A stretch of DNA of 64,000 nt. Source: Escherichia coli. Lineage in GTDB: Bacteria > Pseudomonadota > Gammaproteobacteria > Enterobacterales > Enterobacteriaceae. The position numbers were made by a program, and so were the translations under genes. The notes under the pieces were generated by a model. The model was not told the origin of the DNA, searched no databases, and was given only the letters and a program-made list of their open reading frames with translations. Numbering within the stretch: the stretch's first letter is position 1; the number at the start of each line of letters is the position of its first letter. Shown piece by piece: positions 45,297 to 58,209 of this stretch. The stretch is taken from NCBI RefSeq assembly GCF_044647545.1, contig NZ_CP172818.1; one strand, 5' to 3'.

Positions 45297-47239
45297 CACC
45301 CTTGCTCGAATTAAAGGATATTCGTCGCAGCTATCCTGCCGGTGATGAGCAGGTTGAGGTGCTGAAGGGCATCAGCCTCGATATTTATGCCGGTGAGATG
45401 GTGGCGATTGTCGGCGCTTCAGGTTCCGGTAAATCGACCCTGATGAATATTCTCGGCTGCCTGGATAAGGCCACCAGCGGCACCTATCGCGTCGCCGGTC
45501 AGGATGTTGCCACGCTGGACGCCGATGCGCTGGCGCAACTACGCCGCGAGCATTTCGGCTTTATTTTCCAGCGTTACCATTTGCTTTCGCATTTAACCGC
45601 CGAGCAGAACGTTGAAGTACCCGCCGTCTATGCTGGTCTTGAGCGGAAACAGCGGCTGCTTCGCGCCCAGGAGTTGCTGCAACGACTGGGGCTGGAAGAC
45701 CGTACAGAGTATTATCCGGCACAGCTTTCGGGTGGTCAGCAACAGCGTGTCAGCATCGCGCGGGCATTGATGAACGGCGGTCAGGTAATTCTTGCCGATG
45801 AACCAACCGGCGCACTGGACAGCCATTCTGGCGAAGAGGTGATGGCGATCCTGCATCAGCTGCGCGATCGCGGGCATACGGTGATTATCGTTACCCACGA
45901 TCCGCAGGTCGCTGCTCAGGCCGAGCGGGTGATCGAAATTCGCGACGGCGAAATTGTGAGCAATCCTCCCGCCATTGAAAAAGTGAATGTTGCTGGCGGG
46001 ACGGAACCTGTTGTCAACACGGCGTCTGGCTGGCGGCAGTTTGCCAGCGGTTTTAACGAGGCGCTGACGATGGCATGGCGGGCGCTGGCAGCGAATAAAA
46101 TGCGTACTTTACTGACCATGCTGGGGATTATTATCGGTATTGCGTCGGTGGTTTCAATTGTCGTGGTGGGCGACGCCGCCAAACAAATGGTGCTGGCGGA
46201 TATTCGTTCTATTGGTACGAATACTATTGATGTCTATCCCGGAAAAGATTTTGGCGATGACGATCCGCAATATCAGCAGGCGCTGAAGTACGACGACTTA
46301 ATCGCCATCCAAAAACAACCGTGGGTCGCCTCAGCCACACCTGCCGTCTCGCAAAACCTGCGCCTGCGTTATAACAATGTTGATGTGGCTGCCAGTGCCA
46401 ATGGCGTGAGCGGCGATTATTTTAATGTCTATGGCATGACCTTCAGTGAAGGGAACACCTTTAATCAGGAGCAGCTGAACGGTCGTGCGCAGGTCGTAGT
46501 TCTCGACAGTAATACTCGCCGCCAGCTTTTCCCCCATAAAGCCGATGTGGTTGGCGAGGTGATTCTGGTCGGCAATATGCCCGCCAGAGTCATTGGTGTG
46601 GCGGAAGAAAAACAGTCGATGTTTGGTAGCAGTAAAGTGCTGCGTGTCTGGCTACCTTACAGCACGATGTCCGGGCGAGTTATGGGCCAGTCGTGGCTCA
46701 ACTCCATTACTGTCAGGGTGAAAGAAGGATTTGACAGCGCCGAGGCGGAACAGCAACTCACGCGTTTACTTTCACTGCGCCACGGTAAGAAGGATTTCTT
46801 TACCTGGAACATGGACGGCGTCTTGAAAACCGTTGAAAAGACCACACGTACTTTACAACTGTTTCTGACGCTGGTGGCGGTGATTTCGCTAGTGGTGGGC
46901 GGTATTGGTGTAATGAATATTATGCTGGTGTCAGTGACCGAGCGGACGCGGGAAATTGGCATTCGCATGGCTGTAGGTGCGCGAGCAAGCGATGTTTTGC
47001 AACAGTTCCTGATCGAAGCCGTACTGGTTTGCCTGGTCGGTGGCGCGTTGGGAATAACACTGTCACTGTTAATTGCTTTCACCTTGCAGCTTTTCTTACC
47101 TGGCTGGGAGATTGGTTTTTCACCGTTGGCGCTGCTGCTGGCGTTTCTCTGCTCGACGGTCACCGGGATTTTATTTGGCTGGTTACCCGCACGAAATGCG
47201 GCACGACTGGATCCAGTAGATGCTCTGGCACGAGAGTAA
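45293..47239 (+). CDS. macB: Macrolide ABC exporter MacB (ATPase + permease)
   Basis: 648 aa; Walker [10 protein letters not shown], signature LSGGQQQR; ATGA overlap with macA. Confidence 0.93.
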   Translation: MTPLLELKDIRRSYPAGDEQVEVLKGISLDIYAGEMVAIVGASGSGKSTLMNILGCLDKATSGTYRVAGQDVATLDADALAQLRREHFGFIFQRYHLLSHLTAEQNVEVPAVYAGLERKQRLLRAQELLQRLGLEDRTEYYPAQLSGGQQQRVSIARALMNGGQVILADEPTGALDSHSGEEVMAILHQLRDRGHTVIIVTHDPQVAAQAERVIEIRDGEIVSNPPAIEKVNVAGGTEPVVNTASGWRQFASGFNEALTMAWRALAANKMRTLLTMLGIIIGIASVVSIVVVGDAAKQMVLADIRSIGTNTIDVYPGKDFGDDDPQYQQALKYDDLIAIQKQPWVASATPAVSQNLRLRYNNVDVAASANGVSGDYFNVYGMTFSEGNTFNQEQLNGRAQVVVLDSNTRRQLFPHKADVVGEVILVGNMPARVIGVAEEKQSMFGSSKVLRVWLPYSTMSGRVMGQSWLNSITVRVKEGFDSAEAEQQLTRLLSLRHGKKDFFTWNMDGVLKTVEKTTRTLQLFLTLVAVISLVVGGIGVMNIMLVSVTERTREIGIRMAVGARASDVLQQFLIEAVLVCLVGGALGITLSLLIAFTLQLFLPGWEIGFSPLALLLAFLCSTVTGILFGWLPARNAARLDPVDALARE

Positions 47240-47249
47240 TTTTTGAGAT

Positions 47250-47280
47250 AAAAATGCCAGCCGATCGGGCTGGCATTTTG
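47250..47280. terminator. Bidirectional terminator between convergent macB and cspD
   Basis: Inverted repeat atgccagcc / gggctggcat flanked by A-run and T-run. Confidence 0.65.
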
Positions 47281-47311
47281 CCTTTAGGATGTACACAATG
47301 AGACAGAAGAG

Positions 47312-47536
47312 CTATGCGACTGCCGCTTCTACTTCGACGGGCACAATAACACTGGCGTGATTGCCTTTTGGCCCCTGGTGGACATCAAACTGAACGGATT
47401 GTCCAGCTTTTAGCGTTCTGTAACCATCCATCTGAATGGTGGAATAATGAGCGAAAATATCTTCGCCGCCGCCTTCAGGGCAGATGAAACCAAACCCTTT
47501 GGCATTGTTGAACCACTTAACAGTACCCTTTTCCAT
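47312..47536 (-). CDS. cspD: Cold-shock-domain protein CspD (stationary-phase replication inhibitor)
   Basis: 74 aa from ATG 47536 (MEKGTVKWFNNAKGFGFI...), CSD RNP motifs. Confidence 0.93.
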   Translation of the reverse strand: MEKGTVKWFNNAKGFGFICPEGGGEDIFAHYSTIQMDGYRTLKAGQSVQFDVHQGPKGNHASVIVPVEVEAAVA

Positions 47537-47858
47537 GCTTCGACATCCTTCGCAAATCTTATACAAGTAAGATGGAATAAACCGGGGTCAGAGAGGGGGC
47601 TGTTCAAAACCTCGCCAACTCTAGAAATACAATTTAGAGAATTAGGGCGAGCCGTCAAGCATTTGACAGGGGCCAGGGGGCAGGTATGAATCAAAAATTT
47701 GAAGCAGTTAACGCTATTGACAGGAATGTGACAGATGTCGCTGATGCCAACGATAGATGATAGTTATCTATCATGTGGAGTAGATTGGTCAGGCAAATAA
47801 GCTCTTGTCAGCGGCAGGGCGTTCTGCCGATAACCGTAACCGAAGATGATAACTGACA

Positions 47859-48179
47859 ATGGGTAAAACGAACGACTGGCTGGACTTTGATCAACTGGCG
47901 GAAGAAAAAGTTCGCGACGCGCTAAAACCGCCATCTATGTATAAAGTGATATTAGTCAATGATGATTACACTCCGATGGAGTTTGTTATTGACGTGTTAC
48001 AAAAATTCTTTTCTTATGATGTAGAACGTGCAACGCAATTGATGCTCGCTGTTCACTACCAGGGGAAGGCCATTTGCGGAGTCTTTACCGCCGAGGTTGC
48101 AGAAACCAAAGTGGCGATGGTGAACAAGTACGCGAGGGAGAATGAGCATCCATTGCTGTGTACGCTAGAAAAAGCCTGA
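47859..48179 (+). CDS. clpS: ClpA adaptor ClpS
   Basis: 106 aa ([17 protein letters not shown]...). Confidence 0.95.
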
Positions 48180-48209
48180 ATGCAGGCATAAAAATTGGGG
48201 GAGGTGCCT

Positions 48210-50486
48210 ATGCTCAATCAAGAACTGGAACTCAGTTTAAATATGGCTTTCGCCAGAGCGCGCGAGCACCGTCATGAGTTTATGACCGTCGAGCACTTGT
48301 TACTGGCGCTGCTCAGTAACCCATCTGCCCGGGAGGCGCTGGAAGCGTGTTCTGTGGATTTGGTTGCGCTCCGTCAGGAACTGGAAGCCTTTATTGAACA
48401 AACCACACCCGTTCTGCCTGCCAGTGAAGAGGAGCGCGACACACAGCCGACGCTGAGTTTTCAGCGTGTACTGCAACGTGCGGTCTTCCATGTCCAGTCC
48501 TCCGGTCGCAATGAGGTTACCGGTGCAAACGTTCTGGTCGCTATCTTTAGCGAACAGGAGTCGCAGGCGGCATATCTGTTGCGTAAACATGAAGTCAGCC
48601 GTCTCGATGTGGTGAACTTTATCTCTCATGGCACGCGTAAAGACGAGCCGACACAGTCTTCTGATCCTGGCAGCCAGCCAAACAGCGAAGAACAAGCTGG
48701 TGGGGAGGAACGTATGGAGAATTTCACGACGAACCTGAATCAGCTTGCGCGCGTGGGCGGAATCGACCCACTGATTGGTCGTGAGAAGGAGCTGGAACGT
48801 GCTATTCAGGTTCTCTGCCGTCGCCGTAAAAACAACCCGCTGCTGGTGGGGGAATCTGGTGTCGGTAAAACCGCGATTGCGGAAGGTCTTGCCTGGCGAA
48901 TTGTTCAGGGCGATGTGCCGGAAGTGATGGCTGACTGTACGATTTACTCTCTCGATATCGGTTCTCTGTTAGCGGGCACAAAATATCGCGGCGACTTTGA
49001 AAAACGTTTTAAAGCGTTGCTCAAGCAGCTGGAGCAGGACACTAACAGCATCCTGTTTATTGATGAGATCCACACCATTATCGGTGCGGGGGCAGCGTCT
49101 GGTGGTCAGGTTGATGCGGCTAACCTAATCAAACCGTTGCTCTCCAGCGGTAAAATTCGCGTAATTGGTTCGACAACCTATCAGGAGTTCAGCAACATTT
49201 TCGAGAAAGACCGTGCTCTGGCGCGTCGCTTCCAGAAAATTGATATTACTGAACCTTCGATCGAAGAAACTGTTCAAATCATCAATGGCCTGAAACCGAA
49301 GTACGAAGCGCACCATGACGTGCGTTATACCGCAAAAGCGGTGCGTGCAGCGGTAGAGCTGGCGGTGAAATACATTAACGATCGTCATCTGCCGGATAAA
49401 GCCATTGACGTTATCGACGAAGCGGGCGCTCGCGCACGCCTGATGCCGGTAAGCAAACGCAAGAAAACCGTTAATGTGGCGGATATTGAGTCTGTGGTGG
49501 CCCGTATTGCGCGCATTCCAGAGAAGAGTGTTTCGCAGAGTGACCGCGATACCCTGAAAAACCTCGGCGATCGCCTGAAAATGCTGGTCTTCGGTCAGGA
49601 TAAAGCCATTGAGGCGCTGACTGAAGCCATTAAGATGGCGCGTGCAGGTTTAGGTCACGAACATAAACCGGTCGGTTCGTTCCTGTTTGCCGGTCCTACC
49701 GGGGTCGGGAAAACAGAGGTGACGGTACAGCTTTCGAAAGCTTTGGGCATTGAGCTTCTGCGCTTTGATATGTCCGAGTATATGGAACGCCATACCGTCA
49801 GCCGTCTGATTGGTGCGCCTCCGGGATACGTTGGTTTTGATCAGGGGGGGCTGCTGACCGATGCGGTAATCAAGCATCCGCACGCGGTACTGCTGCTGGA
49901 CGAAATCGAGAAAGCGCATCCGGACGTGTTCAATATTCTGTTGCAGGTGATGGACAACGGTACGCTGACCGATAACAACGGACGCAAAGCGGACTTCCGT
50001 AACGTGGTATTGGTGATGACCACCAACGCCGGGGTACGAGAAACTGAGCGTAAATCGATTGGTCTTATCCACCAGGATAACAGCACCGATGCGATGGAAG
50101 AGATCAAGAAGATCTTTACACCGGAATTCCGTAACCGTCTCGACAACATTATCTGGTTTGATCATCTGTCAACCGACGTGATCCATCAGGTGGTGGATAA
50201 ATTCATCGTCGAGTTGCAGGTTCAGCTGGATCAGAAAGGTGTTTCTCTGGAAGTGAGCCAGGAAGCGCGTAACTGGCTGGCCGAGAAAGGTTACGACCGG
50301 GCAATGGGCGCTCGTCCGATGGCGCGTGTCATCCAGGACAACCTGAAAAAACCGCTCGCCAACGAACTGCTGTTTGGTTCGCTGGTGGACGGCGGTCAGG
50401 TCACCGTCGCGCTGGATAAAGAGAAAAATGAGCTGACTTACGGATTCCAGAGTGCACAAAAGCACAAGGCGGAAGCAGCGCATTAA
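48210..50486 (+). CDS. clpA: ATP-dependent Clp protease ATPase subunit ClpA
   Basis: 758 aa from ATG 48210 ([19 protein letters not shown]...); two AAA+ modules ([16 protein letters not shown]). Confidence 0.95.
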   Translation: MLNQELELSLNMAFARAREHRHEFMTVEHLLLALLSNPSAREALEACSVDLVALRQELEAFIEQTTPVLPASEEERDTQPTLSFQRVLQRAVFHVQSSGRNEVTGANVLVAIFSEQESQAAYLLRKHEVSRLDVVNFISHGTRKDEPTQSSDPGSQPNSEEQAGGEERMENFTTNLNQLARVGGIDPLIGREKELERAIQVLCRRRKNNPLLVGESGVGKTAIAEGLAWRIVQGDVPEVMADCTIYSLDIGSLLAGTKYRGDFEKRFKALLKQLEQDTNSILFIDEIHTIIGAGAASGGQVDAANLIKPLLSSGKIRVIGSTTYQEFSNIFEKDRALARRFQKIDITEPSIEETVQIINGLKPKYEAHHDVRYTAKAVRAAVELAVKYINDRHLPDKAIDVIDEAGARARLMPVSKRKKTVNVADIESVVARIARIPEKSVSQSDRDTLKNLGDRLKMLVFGQDKAIEALTEAIKMARAGLGHEHKPVGSFLFAGPTGVGKTEVTVQLSKALGIELLRFDMSEYMERHTVSRLIGAPPGYVGFDQGGLLTDAVIKHPHAVLLLDEIEKAHPDVFNILLQVMDNGTLTDNNGRKADFRNVVLVMTTNAGVRETERKSIGLIHQDNSTDAMEEIKKIFTPEFRNRLDNIIWFDHLSTDVIHQVVDKFIVELQVQLDQKGVSLEVSQEARNWLAEKGYDRAMGARPMARVIQDNLKKPLANELLFGSLVDGGQVTVALDKEKNELTYGFQSAQKHKAEAAH

Positions 50487-50509
50487 TCTGATTGTCAGGT
50501 AGGTTGGTC

Positions 50510-50545
50510 AAGTCCGTAATCTCGAAAGAGGTTGCGGACTTTTTA
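50510..50545 (+). terminator. Rho-independent terminator after clpA
   Basis: Stem gtccgtaatctc / gaggttgcggac with gaaa loop followed by ttttt. Confidence 0.65.
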
Positions 50546-50738
50546 TTTATGGGGTGGAACGGTGAAAACCCTATTTTTGGAGGTGAAGGTAAGTTGTTGA
50601 TAATTAGTGCTGCTGGAAAAGGTAAGGATAAAAAAGGGTGACAGCAGGAAAATGAGATGGTTTTGCTTTATTAACAACGGACTAAACGTGTAGTATTTGA
50701 TTCACTCCGACAATAAAAGAAAATCAAAGTTGAAATGG

Positions 50739-50826
50739 GTTCACTGCCGTACAGGCAGCTTAGAAATTCACTGGTAACATACTCCACCCGCCCACCATGT
50801 TCACTGCCGTACAGGCAGATAAAATG
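50739..50826 (+). CRISPR. Vestigial type I-F CRISPR array: 2 repeats (second degenerate at 3' end), 1 spacer of 32 bp; no cas genes nearby
   Basis: Repeat 1 at 50739-50766 GTTCACTGCCGTACAGGCAGCTTAGAAA (the I-F / Ypest-type repeat); spacer 50767-50798; repeat 2 at 50799-50826 GTTCACTGCCGTACAGGCAGataaaatg; AT-rich leader upstream; clpA-infA location is the known I-F CRISPR site in E. coli. Confidence 0.85.
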
Positions 50827-50832
50827 CGAAAA

Positions 50833-50866
50833 AAAAAGCTCGCACTTTCGTACGAGCTCTTCTTTA
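50833..50866 (-). terminator. Putative terminator downstream of serW
   Basis: Minus-strand hairpin agctcg-N-cgagct followed by U-run (plus-strand A8 at 50829-50836). Confidence 0.55.
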
Positions 50867-50870
50867 AATA

Positions 50871-50958
50871 TGGCGGTGAGGGGGGGATTCGAACCCCCGA
50901 TACGTTGCCGTATACACACTTTCCAGGCGTGCTCCTTCAGCCACTCGGACACCTCACC
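50871..50958 (-). tRNA. serW: tRNA-Ser (anticodon GGA)
   Basis: Minus-strand 88-nt sequence GGTGAGGTGTCCGAGTGGCTGAAGGAGCACGCCTGGAAAGTG...GGGGTTCGAATCCCCCCCTCACCGCCA with cloverleaf features, long variable arm, 3' CCA. Confidence 0.93.
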
Positions 50959-51140
50959 AAATTGTTTTGCTACCAAACCTCATGGGTGGCAACGGGGCGC
51001 TACTATAGGGAGTTGGAGTAAAACGGTCAAGAAGAATTTTAATGATAATTATTGTTTGCTCATACTGTAAACAAGTTGTGCAGTATATCTACATCGAGAC
51101 AAGTTATGGACTTATACTTCCAAAGTACTTCATACATATC

Positions 51141-51172
51141 ACAAAATAAAAAGGCCGGTTAAACCGACCTTT
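51141..51172 (-). terminator. Putative terminator downstream of infA
   Basis: Minus-strand hairpin aggucgguu / aaccggccu followed by UUUUUAUUUU. Confidence 0.55.
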
Positions 51173-51211
51173 TACTCGTTCTTTCTCTTCGCCCATCAGG
51201 CGGTAAAACAA

Positions 51212-51433
<222 letters not shown>

Positions 51434-51714
51434 ATCCTCTGGGGTATCACTACCGTAATTTGAACCGGCAAGATAATGCCGAAGTTCTGTAAATAAGTAA
51501 AGATTTGCGCGCTAAATCGCAACAAACAGGTTCGGCACATTACTCCGAAAACACACGGCTAAGCCGCACCAAAAGCGCAACGTATAAGGGAGCGGTGAGA
51601 TAAACGATGGGCGTTACCTGACGCGAAAAATTCCTTATCGGCAGCGGGGTAATGAGCGTAACCAACTCTGCGACCGCAATTATAACACTCTGGGGAGAAA
51701 TGTGCCGAAAACAT

Positions 51715-52419
51715 TCATTCTTGTGGTGAAAACAAGCACCGTGGTACCCAGAATTTATTCGGCAATCGTCCGAGGCGCATTTGATTGAGATAATTGAGGT
51801 AATCCCGGCGGGGAATTTCGCAGGCACCAAGCGACGCTGTGTGATCGTTAAGGACCTGGCAGTCGATAAGTTTACCGCCATGACCGATAAATTCCTCACA
51901 GAATACCAGAAGCGCCGTTTTAGACGCATTTTCCATCCGGCTGAACATGGACTCGCCACAAAATAGTGTTCCCTGGGCCACACCGTACATACCGCCAACA
52001 AGCTCATCTTCACACCAGACTTCGATGGAGTGGGCATGACCGAGTTCGTGAAGACGATGGTAGGCTTCGACCACGCCACGCGTGATCCAGGTTCCTTCTT
52101 CGCGATCGCTGGCACAGCCTTCAATGACCTGACCAAAGGCGTAATTCATCGTGACACGATAGGGCGAGCGTTTATGAAATCGTTTCATACTACGGCTGAT
52201 ATGCAATGATTCAGGCCATAGTACCGCGCGAGGATCGGGCGACCACCAGAGGATGGGGTCGCCTGGAGAAAACCACGGGAAAATACCACGCTGATAAGCC
52301 ATTAACAGGCGCGCAGGGCTAAGATCGCCCCCCAGTGCCAGCAGGCCGTTAGGCTCACGTAATGCGCCTTCCGGGGAAGGGAAGGCTATTGAATGGCGAG
52401 AAAGCTGAACCAGGCGCAT
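51715..52419 (-). CDS. aat: Leucyl/phenylalanyl-tRNA-protein transferase
   Basis: 234 aa ([35 protein letters not shown]...). Confidence 0.93.
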   Translation of the reverse strand: MRLVQLSRHSIAFPSPEGALREPNGLLALGGDLSPARLLMAYQRGIFPWFSPGDPILWWSPDPRAVLWPESLHISRSMKRFHKRSPYRVTMNYAFGQVIEGCASDREEGTWITRGVVEAYHRLHELGHAHSIEVWCEDELVGGMYGVAQGTLFCGESMFSRMENASKTALLVFCEEFIGHGGKLIDCQVLNDHTASLGACEIPRRDYLNYLNQMRLGRLPNKFWVPRCLFSPQE

Positions 52420-52460
52420 GACCGCAAAACTCCACGCAAGTCGGATCGTTCAATAATAGC

Positions 52461-54182
52461 TTACAAACCCTGCTTAAACTGGTAATAACGCCCCTGTCTG
52501 GCAAGCAGTTCTGCGTGAGTACCTTGCTCAATAATTTGCCCGTTGTCCATCACTATTATTTGTTGGAAACGAGAGAGTCCGCGAAGTCGATGGGTGACCA
52601 TTAACACCGTTTTCTCGCACATCATTTCTGCAAGCAATTCAAGGATCTGACTTTCGGTTGTGGCATCTAAGCCTTCTGTAGGTTCATCCAGCAATACCAG
52701 CGGCGCATCATGTAACAGCGCACGGGCGATAGCCAGACGGCGCAGTTCACCACCGGAGAGCTGGCGTCCGCCTTCACCTAACCAACTGTTGAGACCTGCA
52801 TCCTCGAGCAGCTTCTCCAGACCAACGCGACGTAAGATCTCCGCCAGAGCCTCATCACTACTGCCAGGTGAGGCGAGTAACAGATTATCACGCAGCGTGG
52901 CGCTAAACAGATGCACTCGCTGTGGCACAACGCTGATGGTCTGTCGTAGAGTCGCTTCATTCAGGCTGGCTATGGGGCTATCGTTAAGCAAAATCTCGCC
53001 CTGTTGCGGGTCCCATGCGCGGGTCAGCAGTTGTAACAATGTTGATTTGCCGCATCCGGTTCGCCCGAGAATCGCTATATGTTCTCCGGCGTTTACCTGA
53101 AGAGAAATCCCTTTAAGTGCCTGTTGGGATTGCTCCGGATAAGTGAACTGAACATCCCGTAACGTCAGCGAAACGCGATCGGCAACACGAGTTTGGGTAT
53201 CAGGGAAAGTGACCTCCGGTTTTTGATCCGTTAAGTCAGTGATCCGTACGGCAGAGGCAATGACTTGCCCCAGATGCTGAAATGCACCCGTTACTGGTGC
53301 CAGTGCTTCAAACGCGGCTAACGCGCAGAAGACAAACAGGGCAATTAACGCGCCGGGTTGAGCATTGCCGCCAACGCCGCCAGACGCCATCCACAGCATC
53401 AGGATCACCGCTAACGCGCCAATGAGCAGCATTATCGCTTGTGACAATGCGGTGAGTTCAGATTGACGACGTTGCGCTTCCAGCCACTGAATTTCGGTAT
53501 TCTCTAACTGCGTGCGATAACGATCGCTGGCACCAAAAATGGTCAGCTCAGCTTGCCCTTGCAGCCAGGCCGTCAGTTGTTGGCGATACTGCCCGCGAAG
53601 ATGAGTCAGATTTTGCCCGGTGCTTTTTCCCGCACGATAAAACAGTGGTGGCATAAGGAAAAGCGTCAGTAACATAATGCCGCCCAGCGTAAAGGCGAGG
53701 GTGAAATCAAGGAAACTTAACCCGATTGTCACCACCATAATCACCACAAAAGCGCCTACCAGCGGTGAGATAACGCGCAGGTAAAGATGATCGAGCGTAT
53801 CAACATCCGCCACCACGCGGTTGAGTAATTCGCCCTGACGATAGCGCGCCAGTCCGGCAGGGGAGAGGGGCAGTAATTTGCTGAAGGTGTAAATGCGCAG
53901 ATGCTGCAACACGCGGAAAGTCGCGTCGTGACTTACCAGACGTTCAAAATAGCGCCCGGCAGTACGGGTGATTGCTGCGCCACGCACGCCCGCAGCGGGT
54001 AGCATATAGTTGAAGCTGTACAGTCCGGCAACCCCCGCTACCGCTGAGGCGGAGAGGAACCAGCCGGAAAGTGTCAACAGACCGATACTGGCGAGCAGCG
54101 TGACAATTGCCAGCACAATACCAAGACTTAACATCCATTTATGACGTTTATACAGTGCCAGATAGGGTAGCAAAGCGCGCAT
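52461..54182 (-). CDS. cydC: Glutathione/cysteine ABC exporter CydC (permease-ATPase)
   Basis: 573 aa; N-terminal TM domain, Walker A GRTGCGKST. Confidence 0.92.
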   Translation of the reverse strand: MRALLPYLALYKRHKWMLSLGIVLAIVTLLASIGLLTLSGWFLSASAVAGVAGLYSFNYMLPAAGVRGAAITRTAGRYFERLVSHDATFRVLQHLRIYTFSKLLPLSPAGLARYRQGELLNRVVADVDTLDHLYLRVISPLVGAFVVIMVVTIGLSFLDFTLAFTLGGIMLLTLFLMPPLFYRAGKSTGQNLTHLRGQYRQQLTAWLQGQAELTIFGASDRYRTQLENTEIQWLEAQRRQSELTALSQAIMLLIGALAVILMLWMASGGVGGNAQPGALIALFVFCALAAFEALAPVTGAFQHLGQVIASAVRITDLTDQKPEVTFPDTQTRVADRVSLTLRDVQFTYPEQSQQALKGISLQVNAGEHIAILGRTGCGKSTLLQLLTRAWDPQQGEILLNDSPIASLNEATLRQTISVVPQRVHLFSATLRDNLLLASPGSSDEALAEILRRVGLEKLLEDAGLNSWLGEGGRQLSGGELRRLAIARALLHDAPLVLLDEPTEGLDATTESQILELLAEMMCEKTVLMVTHRLRGLSRFQQIIVMDNGQIIEQGTHAELLARQGRYYQFKQGL

Positions 54183-55949
54183 TTAAATCTCCTCCTGACG
54201 ATGGGCCAGCAATGTGGCGAAAGGACCACCAGCCACGCTTAATTCCGCGTAACGTCCTTGCTCAATAATCTGACCATCCTGCATTACCCAAATGACATCC
54301 CAGTCAGCAAGATCTTCTAACTGGTGGGTGACCATTAACGTTGTCTGGCGCAGAGAGGCGGCATTAAGCGCCTCCATTACGCGCTGTTCACTGTGAGCAT
54401 CAAGGCTGGCAGCGGGTTCATCCAACAGTAATAGCGAACAGGGATTTAGTAATGCTCGGGCCACCGCCACGCGCTGTGCCTGCCCCACGGAAAGACGGGC
54501 AGCCTGGTCACCAACAGGCGTATCAATGCCTTGCGGCAGGAGCGGTAGAAACTCACTGACCCAGGCGTTATCCAGCGCTGTTTGTAACTCTTGTTCGCTG
54601 GCATCAGGTCGCGCCAGTAGTACGTTATCCCGTAATGTTGCTGCCGGTAATTGTGGGTTTTGCCCAACCCAGGAGAGATGTTTACGCCATGATTCCGGTG
54701 ATAAATCGCGTAATTCTATCCCGTTGATTCGTAGCGATCCCTGATATGAGAGAAAACCAGAAAGCGCGTTCAGCAGTGAGCTTTTACCTGAACCGCTGCG
54801 ACCAACCAACACTGCACGTTGGCCTGCTGGCAAAGTAAAGTTCAGCGGTCCAGCCAGCGTTTTACCTTCTGGTGATGTAATAAACAGATCCTCGGCTTCA
54901 ATGGTCACCGGATCGGTTGATGCTAATTCCGCCTCACCACGTTGCGGATGGGCGAGCGGGGTTTCCATAAACGTTTTCAGACTGTCAGCTGCGCCAACAG
55001 CCTGGGCTTTAGCATGATAAAACGTACCGAGATCGCGTAATGGCTGGAAAAACTCCGGCGCAAGGATCAGGGCCAGAAAACCCGCAGCCAGCGTCACGCC
55101 AGTATCGTAGTGACCAAAATCCAGCTCGCCGAGATAGGAAAAACCAAAGTAGACCGCCACCAGCGCAATTGACAGCGAGGTAAAAAATTCGAGAATGCCG
55201 GAGGATAAAAACGCCAGCCGTAGTACTTCCATTGTCCGTTGGCGGAAATCTTCCGAAGCAGAACGAATACTTTCAATTTCAGCTTCACCACGACCAAAAA
55301 TACGCAGTGTTTCCATGCCGCGCAGGCGATCGAGGAAATGCCCACTTAAGCGAGCAAGAGCGAGAAAGTTACGTCGGTTAGCATCGGCAGCCCCCATTCC
55401 AACCAGCGCCATAAACAACGGAATTAACGGTGCTGTGCCCAGCAGAATGAGCGCCGCAGCCCAGTTAGAGGGGAAGATCGCCACCACAATCAGCAACGGC
55501 ACCGACACTGCCAGCGCCATTTGCGGCAGGTAGCGTGCATAGTAATCATGCATATCGTCAATTTGCTCGAGTACCAGCGTCGCCCAGCTCCCCGCCGGTT
55601 TACCCTGAATCCACGCTGGCCCTGCTTGTTGCAGACGGTCGAGAACCTGACGGCGGATGGCAAAGCGGATATGCTGCCCGGCGTGATAACCCACCCGTTC
55701 GCGTAACCAGACCACCCATGCGCGCAGTACAAAGGTCAGAACCAGTAACGTAAAGGGAAGCAGCAGGGCTTCACGGGGAATATTCTCCATAATCATATGT
55801 TGCAGAATTCGCGCCATGAACCAGGCCTGGGCAATGATCAATATGCCGCTCACAAAGCCCAGCAGACGAGAAATATTCAGCCAACGTTGGGAGATGACGC
55901 TTTGCTGTTTTAACCAGCGGGTTAACTCTTTTTGACGGGATTTATTCAT
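54183..55949 (-). CDS. cydD: Glutathione/cysteine ABC exporter CydD (permease-ATPase)
   Basis: 588 aa; Walker A GRSGSGKSS; directly abuts cydC. Confidence 0.92.
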   Translation of the reverse strand: MNKSRQKELTRWLKQQSVISQRWLNISRLLGFVSGILIIAQAWFMARILQHMIMENIPREALLLPFTLLVLTFVLRAWVVWLRERVGYHAGQHIRFAIRRQVLDRLQQAGPAWIQGKPAGSWATLVLEQIDDMHDYYARYLPQMALAVSVPLLIVVAIFPSNWAAALILLGTAPLIPLFMALVGMGAADANRRNFLALARLSGHFLDRLRGMETLRIFGRGEAEIESIRSASEDFRQRTMEVLRLAFLSSGILEFFTSLSIALVAVYFGFSYLGELDFGHYDTGVTLAAGFLALILAPEFFQPLRDLGTFYHAKAQAVGAADSLKTFMETPLAHPQRGEAELASTDPVTIEAEDLFITSPEGKTLAGPLNFTLPAGQRAVLVGRSGSGKSSLLNALSGFLSYQGSLRINGIELRDLSPESWRKHLSWVGQNPQLPAATLRDNVLLARPDASEQELQTALDNAWVSEFLPLLPQGIDTPVGDQAARLSVGQAQRVAVARALLNPCSLLLLDEPAASLDAHSEQRVMEALNAASLRQTTLMVTHQLEDLADWDVIWVMQDGQIIEQGRYAELSVAGGPFATLLAHRQEEI

Positions 55950-56071
55950 TGCACGCTTAGCAGGTGAGTTATCAGAATTATTTGCAGAGCAATGTTACAA
56001 CGAGGAAAAAATAAAGGCGACCCATAGTCGCATGGTGTCGCCTTCTTTACTTTTGTTACTGATTTGTAAAA

Positions 56072-57154
<1,083 letters not shown>

Positions 57155-57580
57155 TCAAATTCTCCCGTCATTATCACCTCTGCTACTTAAATTTCCCGCT
57201 TTATAAGCCGATTAAATGATGAATAAACGCCCCTGTTAATGAATATCTGGCATGTTGTACTAAAAATCGATGTTTTGCTTTGACAATCCCCTGGTGTTTT
57301 GCGAAAACATTCGAGGAAGAAAAAAACAGTATTCTTATATGCGCATAACCATGCATGTAAATACCATGTTTACCGTGCTAGTGAAATCTACGTATGGCGT
57401 GGACAGACGCCATTCGTGATGTCGATAGCTGCCACAAGGCAACGGTCTTCTCACCGTAGACCCAGGCATTGCGCGCCGTGAATCTTCATGATTTCGGTCT
57501 ATCGTGACGGGTAGCGACTCTGAACAGTGATGTTTCAGGGTCAGACAGGAGTAGGGAAGGAATACAGAGAGACAATAATA

Positions 57581-58075
57581 ATGGTAGATAGCAAGAAGCG
57601 CCCTGGCAAAGATCTCGACCGTATCGATCGTAACATTCTTAATGAGTTGCAAAAGGATGGGCGTATTTCTAACGTCGAGCTTTCTAAACGTGTGGGACTT
57701 TCCCCAACGCCGTGCCTTGAGCGTGTGCGTCGGCTGGAAAGACAAGGGTTTATTCAGGGCTATACGGCGCTGCTGAACCCCCATTATCTGGATGCATCAC
57801 TTCTGGTATTCGTTGAGATTACTCTGAATCGTGGCGCACCGGATGTGTTTGAACAATTCAATACCGCTGTACAAAAACTTGAAGAAATTCAGGAGTGTCA
57901 TTTAGTATCCGGTGATTTCGACTACCTGTTGAAAACACGCGTGCCGGATATGTCAGCTTACCGTAAGTTGTTGGGGGAAACCCTGCTGCGTCTGCCTGGC
58001 GTCAATGACACACGGACATACGTTGTTATGGAAGAAGTCAAGCAGAGTAATCGTCTGGTTATTAAGACGCGCTAA
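57581..58075 (+). CDS. lrp: Leucine-responsive regulatory protein Lrp
   Basis: 164 aa from ATG 57581 (MVDSKKRPGKDLDRIDRNILNELQKDGRISNVELSKRVGLS...). Confidence 0.96.
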   Translation: MVDSKKRPGKDLDRIDRNILNELQKDGRISNVELSKRVGLSPTPCLERVRRLERQGFIQGYTALLNPHYLDASLLVFVEITLNRGAPDVFEQFNTAVQKLEEIQECHLVSGDFDYLLKTRVPDMSAYRKLLGETLLRLPGVNDTRTYVVMEEVKQSNRLVIKTR

Positions 58076-58115
58076 CACGGAACAGGTGCAAAATCGGCGT
58101 ATTTTGATTACACTC

Positions 58116-58131
58116 CTGTTAATCCATACAG
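58116..58131 (+). promoter_or_regulatory. Candidate LexA (SOS) box upstream of ftsK (dinH promoter region)
   Basis: CTGTtaatccatACAG fits CTGT-N8-ACAG; about 80 bp upstream of ftsK start; ftsK is known to have an SOS-inducible promoter. Confidence 0.6.
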
Positions 58132-58169
58132 CAACAGTACTGGGGTAACCTGGTACTGTTGTCCGTTTT
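58132..58169 (+). terminator. Putative lrp terminator hairpin
   Basis: Inverted repeat caacagtac / gtactgttg followed by tccgtttt. Confidence 0.5.
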
Positions 58170-58209
58170 AGCATCGGGCAGGAAAAGCCTGTAACCTGGA
58201 GAGCCTTTC

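Noticed and set aside
50671-51070. ORFs 50671..50976(-), 50735..51070(+), 50797..51021(+) across the CRISPR remnant and serW
   Set aside because: They overlap the tRNA and CRISPR repeats; these are non-coding features.
51540-52136. 198-aa minus-strand ORF overlapping the 3' part of aat and the infA-aat spacer
   Set aside because: Out of frame with the recognisable aat (51715..52419); no RBS and atypical composition; frame artefact.
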